NCBI GenBank assembly: GCA_963716395.1
Contig: OY970309.1
Coordinates: 1 to 64,000, forward strand
Length of the DNA stretch: 64,000 nucleotides
DNA from: an uncultured Fibrobacteria bacterium
GTDB lineage: Bacteria; Fibrobacterota; Fibrobacteria; UBA11236
Direction: 5' to 3'
A program made the position numbers and the translations under genes. The notes under the pieces are model-generated. The model saw nothing but the letters and a program-made list of their open reading frames with translations, made no database searches and was not told where the DNA came from. Of the stretch, positions 1 to 9,008 are shown one piece after another; within the stretch, counting starts at the first letter, position 1; the number at the start of each line of letters is the position of its first letter.

Positions 1-84
1 AAATAAATACAAGCACCATTTTTTTGGTGAGGTGCCCAAACGTACAACCCTATTTTTGAATTGGGTTAAACGTATGTTTTGCAC

Positions 85-334
85 GCATAACGCCGCGCTG
101 AGCCGCGAACCCGAACGGGTTTGCGGAGAAGTGGCGGCGGTAGATGAGTTGAGCCGAGCGGGCGCTCGCAGCATTGAAAATCGAGCGCAGCGAGATTTTC
201 GAGCCTGCGAGCAAGGTTTGGCGTGCGGTTCGCGGAAGGCGGCGAGCTTGCGAGCGGTTGCTTTCCGCGAACCCCGCCAAACCGCCCCCGAGGCTCCCCG
301 GCGAGGGTTCGCCGGTTCGAGCGCGTTGTTATGT
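85..334 (-). repeat. attC site, giant 250-bp type (belongs to family A cassette 328-610)
   Basis: GCATAAC...GTTATGT. Outer arms pair (CGCGCT/AGCGCG, GAGCC/GGTTC, GCGAACCC/GGGTTCGC) with unpaired G and C on the + (bottom) strand. Confidence 0.88.
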
Positions 335-603
335 TGAAACGGGTAGACCATGTTTTATTTTCATATTAATTGAAATATCGTTATTGAGCGCGAAATTATC
401 TGTTTTAAATGGGACCGAGGCAAAATAATTGGAGCCGCAAATTGAATTGGTTTTGTTTCGCTTCATATCGTTATATCGTAAATCTGGGCGCGGGGCTTTG
501 TATTTACATTGTCATTATTTGGTTTTAATAGCAACGGGCAGATCATTGAACGGCAAAACTCTGACCCAATTGCGTGACCACGAAGAGTTAGTCTGGGTTT
601 GCA

Positions 604-853
604 ACATAACGCCGCGCTGAGCCGCGAACCCGAACGGGTTTGCGGAGAAGTGGCGGCGGTAGACGAGTTGAGCCGAGCGGGCGCTCGCAGCATTGAAAAT
701 CGAGCGCAGTGAGATTTTCGAGCCTGCGAGCAAGGTTTGGCGTGCGGTTCGCGGAAGGCGGCGAGCTTGCGAGCGGTTGCTTTCCGCGAACCCCGCCAAA
801 CCGCCCCCGAGGCTCCCCGCCGAGGGTTCGCCGGTTCGAGCGCGTTGTTCTAC
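604..853 (-). repeat. attC site, giant 250-bp type
   Basis: ACATAAC...GTTCTAC, near-identical to 85-334. Confidence 0.88.
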
Positions 854-1119
854 AGATGCATTTATTATTCATTGATCGCGCCGATTTAATTGAATTTAAA
901 TTTTTTAATCGCTCTGCTGTCAAAAATTGGGTAGCAACTCGAATTGGTTTTCCCGGCGCGTTTCTGAGAAAAGGCTTTAAATAGCACGAAATGATTTGGC
1001 TTTTGCATTTGCGCCGTGCCCACGCATTACACCTTTTAATTGAGCGAATTTATTTTTGTAGTTGAGTTAACTTCATTAATGGTAATGCCAGTTCTCAATA
1101 ATCACGGCGCCATAATACT

Positions 1120-1369
1120 GTAGAACGCCGCGCTGAGCCGCGAACCCGAACGGGTTTGCGGAGAAGTGGCGGCGGTAGACGAGTTGAGCCGAGCGGGCGC
1201 TCGCAGCATTGAAAATCGAGCGCAGCGAGATTTTCGAGCCTGCGAGCAAGGTTTGGCGTGCGGTTCGCGGAAGGCGGCGAGCTTGCGAGCGGTTGCTTTC
1301 CGCGAACCCCGCCAAACCGCCCCCGAGGCTCCCCGCCGAGGGTTCGCCGGTTCGAGCGCGTTGTTCTAC
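1120..1369 (-). repeat. attC site, giant 250-bp type
   Basis: GTAGAAC...GTTCTAC, near-identical copy. Confidence 0.88.
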
Positions 1370-1610
1370 AGATGCATTCATTTTCGCGCCGGTTTAATAT
1401 TTTTTCCTGACTAAAGGTAATCATAAGATCAAATTGGTTTTCCCGGCGCGCTTCTGAGTGAATGCTTTAAATAGCACGAAACTGATTTGGTTTTTGCATT
1501 TGCGACGTGCCCGCGCATTACACTTCATCAGTGAGCACATTGATCTTTGTAGTTGAGATGAACTCAATCCAAGCATTACCCACTCTCAGTAAGCACGGCG
1601 CCATAATACT

Positions 1611-1860
1611 GTAGAACGCCGCGCTGAGCCGCGAACCCGAACGGGTTTGCGGAGAAGTGGCGGCGGTAGACGAGTTGAGCCGAGCGGGCGCTCGCAGCAT
1701 TGAAAATCGAGCGCAGCGAGATTTTCGAGCCTGCGAGCAAGGTTTGGCGTGCGGTTCGCGGAAGGCGGCGAGCTTGCGAGCGGTTGCTTTCCGCGAACCC
1801 CGCCAAACCGCCCCCGAGGCTCCCCGCCGAGGGTTCGCCGGTTCGAGCGCGTTGTTCTAC
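1611..1860 (-). repeat. attC site, giant 250-bp type
   Basis: GTAGAAC...GTTCTAC, near-identical copy. Confidence 0.88.
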
Positions 1861-2104
1861 AGATGCATTCATTGTTCGCGCCGGTTTAATATTTTTTCCT
1901 GACTAAAGGTAATCATAAGATCAAATTGGTTTTCCCGGCGCGCTTCTGAGTGAATGCTTTAAATAGCACGAACTGATTTGGTTTTTGCATTTGCGACGTG
2001 CCCACGCATTACACCTTTATAATTGAGCGACATTAATTTTTGTAGTTGAGTTAACTTCAATTAATGGTAATGCCAGTTCTCAATAATCACGGCGCCATAA
2101 TACT

Positions 2105-2253
2105 GTAGAACGCGCGCGCTGAGCCGCAAGGCGTCGAGCGGGGTGGAAACCCCGCGGTCGGCGCGCTAGATTGCGTTGAGCCGAACGGTTGATCGCGAAG
2201 AACAGCCAAACGGCGTGACGACAACGCGAGACGGTTCGAGCGGCTTGTTATAC
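2105..2253 (-). repeat. attC site, shorter divergent 149-bp type (belongs to cassette 2247-2760)
   Basis: GTAGAAC...GTTATAC. Shares outer arms (GCGCTGAGCCGC...GGTTCGAGCG) with the giant type but lacks its two large internal hairpins. Confidence 0.75.
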
Positions 2254-2760
2254 AATTTTTTTCAGTGAGCATTTTTTAGAATTGTATATTATATTGCCGA
2301 ACCGCATTCACATTTCCACTAACTCGCACCAATTTGCATAGTCCAGTTCCAACTATTCGGGATCTCAACAGGTTCGACCCGGAAACTATATTTAATGCCT
2401 CTGTTATTGCCGATCTAAGCATTTCGCATGTGTTCGCAGATCACATTCATTGAAATAGCGCTTTATTTTAAAATATTTTCCAATCAATATTTAAATCAAT
2501 CGCGAGTCAAAATATTTCGCCTTGGTTGCCAATATTCTGATTTTTGTCTTGAATCTAGCATTGAATCACTATTGGTTCCGAACTATGACAGTGATTTCAT
2601 GGCACTCGGGATTTCCTGTTTTCATCTTCAAATTAGCGGTCGCAACGATTCTTTGGTCGCCACCACATCATCTTTTGATAGCATTTCAAGGATATCAATT
2701 TTATCTTTGAAATGTAAATATCGATTATCAAGGTACTACGTTATTTTTCATTCGTATAAC
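2247..2760 (-). pseudogene. Unique ~510-bp cassette with a broken, gene-like AT-rich sequence
   Basis: GTTATAC...GTATAAC ends, with an ATG right after the core on the minus strand. Protein-like stretches (e.g. YLDNRYLHFKDKIDILEMLSKDDVVATKESLRPLI) are interrupted by frame changes and stops. Confidence 0.45.
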
Positions 2761-3015
2761 GCCGCGCTGAGCCGCGAACCCGAACGGGTTTGCGGAGAAG
2801 TGGCGGCGGTAAGATGAATTACGAGCCGAGCGGGCGCTCGCAGCGATTGAAAATCGTAGCGCAGCGAGAATATTTCGAGCCTGCGAGCAAGGTTTGGCGT
2901 GCGGTTCGCGGAAGGCGTGCGAGCTTGCGAGCGGTTGCTTTCCGCGAACCCCGCCAAACCGCCCCCGAGGCTCGCTCGCCGTTTAGGGTTCGCCGGTTCG
3001 AGCGCGTTGTTCTAC
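2754..3015 (-). repeat. attC site, giant type with many small indels (262 bp)
   Basis: GTATAAC...GTTCTAC; same sequence as the other copies with scattered 1-3 nt insertions. Confidence 0.82.
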
Positions 3016-3256
3016 AGATGCATTCATTGTTCGCGCCGGTTTAATATTTTTTCCTGACTAAAGGTAATCATAAGATCAAATTGGTTTTCCCGGCGCGCTT
3101 CTGAGTGAATGCTTTAAATAGCACGAACTGATTTGGTTTTTGCATTTGCGACGTGCCCGCGCATTGCACTTCATCAGCGAGTACATTGATCTTTGTGGTT
3201 GAGATGAACTCAATTTGAGCATTACCCACTCTCAGTAAGCACGGCGCCATAATTCT

Positions 3257-3506
3257 GTAGAACGCCGCGCTGAGCCGCGAACCCGAACGGGTTTGCGGAG
3301 AAGTGGCGGCGGTAGACGAGTTGAGCCGAGCGGGCGCTCGCAGCATTGAAAATCGAGCGCAGCGAGATTTTCGAGCCTGCGAGCAAGGTTTGGCGTGCGG
3401 TTCGCGGAAGGCGGCGAGCTTGCGAGCGGTTGCTTTCCGCGAACCCCGCCAAACCGCCCCCGAGGCTCCCCGCCGAGGGTTCGCCGGTTCGAGCGCGTTG
3501 TTCTAC
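3257..3506 (-). repeat. attC site, giant 250-bp type
   Basis: GTAGAAC...GTTCTAC. Confidence 0.88.
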
Positions 3507-3774
3507 AGATGCATTTATTATTCATTGATCGCGCCGATTTAATTGAATTTAATTTTTTAATCGCTCTGACTGTCAAGGTAATTAGGTAGCAACTCGAATT
3601 GGTTTTCCCGGCGCGTTTCTGAGTAAATGCTTTAAATAGCACGAAATGATTTGGCTTTTGCATTTGCGCCGTGCCCACGCATTACACCTTTTAATTGAGC
3701 GAATTGATTTTTGTAGTTGAGTTAACTTCATTAATGGTAATGCCAGTTCTCAATAATCACGGCGCCATAATACT

Positions 3775-4024
3775 GTAGAACGCCGCGCTGAGCCGCGAAC
3801 CCGAACGGGTTCGCGGAGAAGTGGCGGCGGTAGACGAGTTGAGCCGAGCGGGCGCTCGCAGCATTGAAAATCGAGCGCAGCGAGATTTTCGAGCCTGCGA
3901 GCAAGGTTTGGCGTGCGGTTCGCGGAAGGCGGCGAGCTTGCGAGCGGTTGCTTTCCGCGAACCCCGCCAAACCGCCCCCGAGGCTCCCCGCCGAGGGTTC
4001 GCCGGTTCGAGCGCGTTGTTCTAC
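3775..4024 (-). repeat. attC site, giant 250-bp type
   Basis: GTAGAAC...GTTCTAC. Confidence 0.88.
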
Positions 4025-4265
4025 AGATGCATTCATTGTTCGCGCCGGTTTAATATTTTTTCCTGACTAAAGGTAATCATAAGATCAAATTGGTTTTCCC
4101 GGCGCGCTTCTGAGTGAATGCTTTAAATAGCACGAACTGATTTGGTTTTTGCATTTGCGACGTGCCCGCGCATTGCACTTCATCAGCGAGCACATTGATC
4201 TTTGTGGTTGAGATGAACTCAATTTGAGCATTACCCACTCTCAGTAAGCACGGCGCCATAATTCT

Positions 4266-4515
4266 GTAGAACGCCGCGCTGAGCCGCGAACCCGAACGGG
4301 TTTGCGGAGAAGTGGCGGCGGTAGACGAGTTGAGCCGAGCGGGCGCTCGCAGCATTGAAAATCGAACGCAGCGAGATTTTCGAGCCTGCGAGCAAGGTTT
4401 GGCGTGCGGTTCGCGGAAGGCGGCGAGCTTGCGAGCGGTTGCTTTCCGCGAACCCCGCCAAACCGCCCCCGAGGCTCCCCGCCGAGGGTTCGCCGGTTCG
4501 AGCGCGTTGTTCTAC
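4266..4515 (-). repeat. attC site, giant 250-bp type
   Basis: GTAGAAC...GTTCTAC. Confidence 0.88.
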
Positions 4516-4781
4516 AGATGCATTTATTATTCATTGATCGCGCCGATTTAATTGAATTTAAATTTTTTAATCGCTCTGCTGTCAAAAATTGGGTAGCAAC
4601 TCGAATTGGTTTTCCCGGCGCGTTTCTGAGAAAAGGCTTTAAATAGCACGAAATGATTTGGCTTTTGCATTTGCGCCGTGCCCACGCATTACACCTTTTA
4701 ATTGAGCGAATTTATTTTTGTAGTTGAGTTAACTTCATTAATGGTAATGCCAGTTCTCAATAATCACGGCGCCATAATACT

Positions 4782-5031
4782 GTAGAACGCCGCGCTGAGC
4801 CGCGAACCCGAACGGGTTTGCGGAGAAGTGGCGGCGGTAGATGAGTTGAGCCGAGCGGGCGCTCGCAGCATTGAAAATCGAGCGCAGCGAGATTTTCGAG
4901 CCTGCGAGCAAGGTTTGGCGTGCGGTTCGCGGAAGGCGGCGAGCTTGCGAGCGGTTGCTTTCCGCGAACCCCGCCAAACCGCCCCCGAGGCTCCCCGGTG
5001 AGGGTTCGCCGGTTCGAGCGCGTTGTTATGT
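4782..5031 (-). repeat. attC site, giant 250-bp type
   Basis: GTAGAAC...GTTATGT. Confidence 0.88.
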
Positions 5032-5301
5032 TGAAACGGGTAGACCATGTTTTATTTTCATATTAATTGAAATATCGTTATTGAGCGAGAAATTATCTGT
5101 TTTAAATGGGACCGAGGCAAAATAATTGGAGCCGCAATATTGAATTGGTTTTGTTTCGCTTCATATCGTTATATCGTAAATCTGGGCGCGGGGCTTTGTA
5201 TTTACATTGTATTTATTTGGTTTTAATAGCAACGGGCAGATCGTTGAACGGCAAAACTCTAACCCAATTGCTTGACCGCGAAGAGTTAGTCTGGGTTTGC
5301 A

Positions 5302-5551
5302 ACATAACGCCGCGCTGAGCCGCGAACCCGAACGGGTTTGCGGAGAAGTGGCGGCGGTAGATGAGTTGAGCCGAGCGGGCGCTCGCAGCATTGAAAATCG
5401 AGCGCAGTGAGATTTTCGAGCCTGCGAGCAAGGTTTGGCGTGCGGTTCGCGGAAGGCGGCGAGCTTGCGAGCGGTTGCTTTCCGCGAACCCCGCCAAACC
5501 GCCCCCGAGGCTCCCCGCCGAGGGTTCGCCGGTTCGAGCGCGTTGTTCTAC
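5302..5551 (-). repeat. attC site, giant 250-bp type
   Basis: ACATAAC...GTTCTAC. Confidence 0.88.
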
Positions 5552-5814
5552 AGATGCATTTATTATTCATTGATCGCGCCGGTTTAATAATTTATTTTTT
5601 ACTCTGACTTCAAAGGTAATTGAGTAGCAGATCAAATTGGTTTTCCCGGCGCGCTTCTGAGTGAATGCTTTAAATAGCACGAACTGATTTGGCTTTTGCA
5701 TTTGCGCCGTGCCCACGCATTACACCTTTATAATTGAGCGAATTGATTTTTGTAGTTGAGTTGAACTTCATTAATGGCAATGCCAGTTCTCAATAATCAC
5801 GGCGCCATAATACT

Positions 5815-6064
5815 GTAGAACGCCGCGCTGAGCCGCGAACCCGAACGGGTTTGCGGAGAAGTGGCGGCGGTAGATGAGTTGAGCCGAGCGGGCGCTCGCA
5901 GCATTGAAAATCGAGCGCAGCGAGATTTTCGAGCCTGCGAGCAAGGTTTGGCGTGCGGTTCGCGGAAGGCGGCGAGCTTGCGAGCGGTTGCTTTCCGCGA
6001 ACCCCGCCAAACCGCCCCCGAGGCTCCCCGGTGAGGGTTCGCCGGTTCGAGCGCGTTGTTATGT
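5815..6064 (-). repeat. attC site, giant 250-bp type
   Basis: GTAGAAC...GTTATGT. Confidence 0.88.
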
Positions 6065-6333
6065 TGAAACGGGTAGACCATGTTTTATTTTCATTTTAAT
6101 TGAAATATCGTTATTGAGCGAGAAATTATCTGTTTTAAATGGGACCGAGGCAAAATAATTGGAGCCGCAAATTGAATTGGTTTTGTTTCGCTTCACATCG
6201 TTATATCGTAAATCTGGGCGCGGGGCTTTGTATTTACATTGTTTTTATTTGGTTTTAATAGCAACGGGCAGATCGTTGAACGGCAAAACCCTAACCCACT
6301 TGCTTGACCGCGAAGAGTTAGTCTGGGTTTGCA

Positions 6334-6583
6334 ACATAACGCCGCGCTGAGCCGCGAACCCGAACGGGTTTGCGGAGAAGTGGCGGCGGTAGATGAGTTG
6401 AGCCGAGCGGGCGCTCGCAGCATTGAAAATCGAGCGCAGCGAGATTTTCGAGCCTGCGAGCAAGGTTTGGCGTGCGGTTCGCGGAAGGCGGCGAGCTTGC
6501 GAGCGGTTGCTTTCCGCGAACCCCGCCAAACCGCCCCCGAGGCTCCCCGGCGAGGGTTCGCCGGTTCGAGCGCGTTGTTATGT
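6334..6583 (-). repeat. attC site, giant 250-bp type (first cassette after attI)
   Basis: ACATAAC...GTTATGT. Confidence 0.88.
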
Positions 6584-6852
6584 TGAAACGGGTAGACCAT
6601 GTTTTATTTTCATATTAATTGAAATATCGTTATTGAGCGCGAAATTATCTGTTTTAAATGGGACCGAGGCAAAATAATTGGAGCCGCAAATTGAATTGGT
6701 TTTGTTTCGCTTCACATCGTTATATCGTAAATCTGGGCGCGGGGCTTTGTATTTACATTGTCTTTATTTGGTTTTAATAGCAACGGGCAGATCATTGAAC
6801 GGCAAAACTCTAACCCACTTGCTTGACCGCGAAGAGTTAGTCTGGGTTTGCA

Positions 6853-6875
6853 ACATAACGATCTTATTAACCATT
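6853..6875 (-). other. Putative attI site
   Basis: The last cassette ends in CAACATAAC but is followed by unique sequence instead of an attC. The minus strand reads GGTTAATA-AGATC-GTTATGT (G/TT crossover), located 5' of the integrase. Confidence 0.7.
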
Positions 6876-7460
6876 TCCAATGTTCATCTGTTCCAGTTGC
6901 AAGGTCCTAAGTATAAGCCTCAAATTATTCCCACATTCCCGCTTTTTACAAGCTCTCGGCTCCTTATCCTGTTTCCATTAAACATCCTCAAATTTGAATC
7001 AAATGGATCCAGTCGCTGTTGGTCAAAGGTTCAGGAAGCATAGCCAATCATGCCTTAAAAGGGAAATTTGAAGGCCTGATTTGCTCGACAAAAACGTTCA
7101 GAAGCTTGGCCGCTTATATTAACCACCTCCATCTTTAACCTGTCTTGGATTTTTTTCGGATTCTTGGCTTCGATCCATTTTCATTCTTGGACAGCGAGAA
7201 TGTGCCCGGAATCACATCTTCTTTTTTGCGAAGTCGATATCCTTTGGCCTTCAACGCGGTGAAGGGAATGGAAATTATGCAGCGGAAAAATGCTAGGTCA
7301 GGCAGAACCCAATTCAACGGAAATTTTCCGGAAAAAGGCGGAACGAAACTAAGAACCTCGGCGAACCCCCGCGAGCTGCCAAGCGGTAAAGGCGAGGTCT
7401 TGTCTTTACCGCGTTATCGAAGGGAAATTCACTTCTCAACGCAAATACAAGTCCATCATT

Positions 7461-9008
7461 TTGACCAAGCTTCGGTGGTTTGAAATGAATTCGAGACCTT
7501 CGACCCGGGTATCTCTTGCAATCCGGCTGGGCAATAAGAAAAAACATGAGGAACTCATTATCCGGGTGGTGATTAAACTTGCGCGTACCTCGGTCCGGAA
7601 ACGCGGCAATGGAATTTGGCTTTTTGCCGGACACGTATCCGAAGGCGTCGGGCCTTTTGATCAGGATATTTATCAACAGCTACGCGACAAATTTCAACGG
7701 GCTTTGGAAGTCAATAAATCGATTTCAAAAGGTTCTGTCCCATATTATCACAAATGGGCTCGTGATTATTTAACGTGGTGCGACTACCAAAAATCGGATC
7801 CGCGTCGGTACGAAAGCATCGATTTTTTTTTGCTTTCAATGTGGGATTCTGGGCATAAGGGAATTGATTTGCGACAGGCCAACGATGCGATTCAAATTCT
7901 GTTTCGCTTGCTGGCTGCACCGGATGAGAAGCCTCCCGAAAAGCTCGGCGAAGAGTCTTCGATGCCAATCCAAAAACCCATCGCTTTGCCCGAAGTTGCG
8001 CAGGAGAAAACCTCTATTCCGCGGCAAAATCCCAGCGGCCTTGAACCGGCCAATTGGACCGAGGCTTGGGAAAGCCTGGAAAGGGAAATCAAATGGCGGC
8101 ATTATTCGCGCAAAACTTTGAAGGCCTACCGACATTGGTCGGAAAGGTTTTGCGAATTCGTGAATCATAAGCCACCGGTCAGCGTGAGTGCGTCGGATGC
8201 CAAGGCCTTTCTCGCGCATTTGGCATTGCGGAAAGCGGTTTCGGCGGCGACCCAGGATCAGGCGTTCAACGCCTTGCGGTTTTTCTTCATCCATGCGCTG
8301 CACAAGGATTACGGCGGCCTCTCCGATACACCCCGTGCGCGCAAGCGGCCCGCAGTTCCCACCACCTTGGGGCGCGACGAGGTGGCGCGACTGCTGGCGC
8401 GGCTTTCCGCGCCGCATGATTTGGTGTCGGCCATGCTGTATGGCTGCGGGTTGCGGCTATCGGAGGCCATCGGGTTGCGCGTGCAGGATCTCGACTTTGC
8501 CTCGGCCCATGTCTTGGTGCAATTCGGCAAGCGGGGTAAGAGCCGGGCGGTGCCCTTGCCGACCCGCCTCAAAGATCGTCTTTCAGCCCATCTGGAATTG
8601 GTGCACCGTGGGCATGCAAAGGATCTCGCACAAGGTTATGACGGGGTCTTTTTGCCTGAGGATTTGGGAAAGAAATATCCGGGGGCGGCCAAGGAATGGC
8701 CCTGGCAGTGGGTTTTTCCAGCGCAGCACCTGGTCGCGGTACCGGAGACCGGGCAACATCGACGTTACCATGTGCACGAAAGCGGTGTGCAGCACGCCAT
8801 TCGCCAGGCGGTGGCAGGATTAGGCTTTTCCCAACGGGTATCGGCCCACACTTTGCGCCACAGTTATGCCACGCATCTGCTGCAAGCGGGCTACGACATC
8901 CGCACCATCCAGACCTTGCTGGGGCATTCCGACGTGAAGACCACCATGATTTACACCCAGGCCATGCGCCCCACGCCGCGGCGCGCAATCAGCCCCATGG
9001 ATTTATGA
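7461..9008 (+). CDS. intI: Integron integrase A with N-terminal extension (start uncertain: TTG 7461, ATG 7485 or later)
   Basis: Tyrosine-recombinase residues YGCGLR, K, HTLRHSYATH, LGH and TTMIY, plus the integron-specific insertion (KYPGAAKEWPWQWVFP...RRYHVHES). Confidence 0.93.
   Translation: MTKLRWFEMNSRPSTRVSLAIRLGNKKKHEELIIRVVIKLARTSVRKRGNGIWLFAGHVSEGVGPFDQDIYQQLRDKFQRALEVNKSISKGSVPYYHKWARDYLTWCDYQKSDPRRYESIDFFLLSMWDSGHKGIDLRQANDAIQILFRLLAAPDEKPPEKLGEESSMPIQKPIALPEVAQEKTSIPRQNPSGLEPANWTEAWESLEREIKWRHYSRKTLKAYRHWSERFCEFVNHKPPVSVSASDAKAFLAHLALRKAVSAATQDQAFNALRFFFIHALHKDYGGLSDTPRARKRPAVPTTLGRDEVARLLARLSAPHDLVSAMLYGCGLRLSEAIGLRVQDLDFASAHVLVQFGKRGKSRAVPLPTRLKDRLSAHLELVHRGHAKDLAQGYDGVFLPEDLGKKYPGAAKEWPWQWVFPAQHLVAVPETGQHRRYHVHESGVQHAIRQAVAGLGFSQRVSAHTLRHSYATHLLQAGYDIRTIQTLLGHSDVKTTMIYTQAMRPTPRRAISPMDL

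Larger units (their letters stand above)
1..6875 (-). mobile_element. Integron cassette array: 13 attC sites, 13 complete cassettes plus one partial cassette at 1-91; continues beyond the left window edge
   Basis: GC-rich palindromic repeats bounded by ..AAC / GTT.. cores alternate with AT-rich 255-515 bp units. The array abuts the 5' end of an integron integrase. Read on the minus strand, repeats start TAACAACGCGCTCGAA or GAACAACGCGCTCGAA and end CTCAGCGCGGCGTT, as in typical attC top strands. Confidence 0.92.

Noticed and set aside
85-6583. MITE/IS or REPIN tandem array
   Set aside because: No target-site duplications or transposase. Boundaries follow integron G/TT crossover logic, with cassette-specific complementary cores.
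85-6859. CRISPR array
   Set aside because: Repeats are 250 bp and spacers 255-515 bp and themselves repeated. No cas genes are present. attC cores and adjacent integron integrases explain it.
32-7043. Many recurring 60-150 aa ORFs (MKIERSEIF..., MAGFAESNRS..., MAAVDELSR...)
   Set aside because: They are open frames through the GC-rich palindromic attC on both strands, lack RBSs, and their ends change with the neighbouring cassette.
6880-7460. Pc/Pint promoters and a LexA box
   Set aside because: Only partial -10/-35 matches (e.g. TATACT on the minus strand near 6910). No recognisable SOS box, so it cannot be supported.
8696-9004. N-terminal 103 codons of the 554-aa ORF, or a fusion of the two integrases
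   Set aside because: It overlaps the catalytic C-terminus of integrase A in another frame. Both genes are complete with their own starts and stops.
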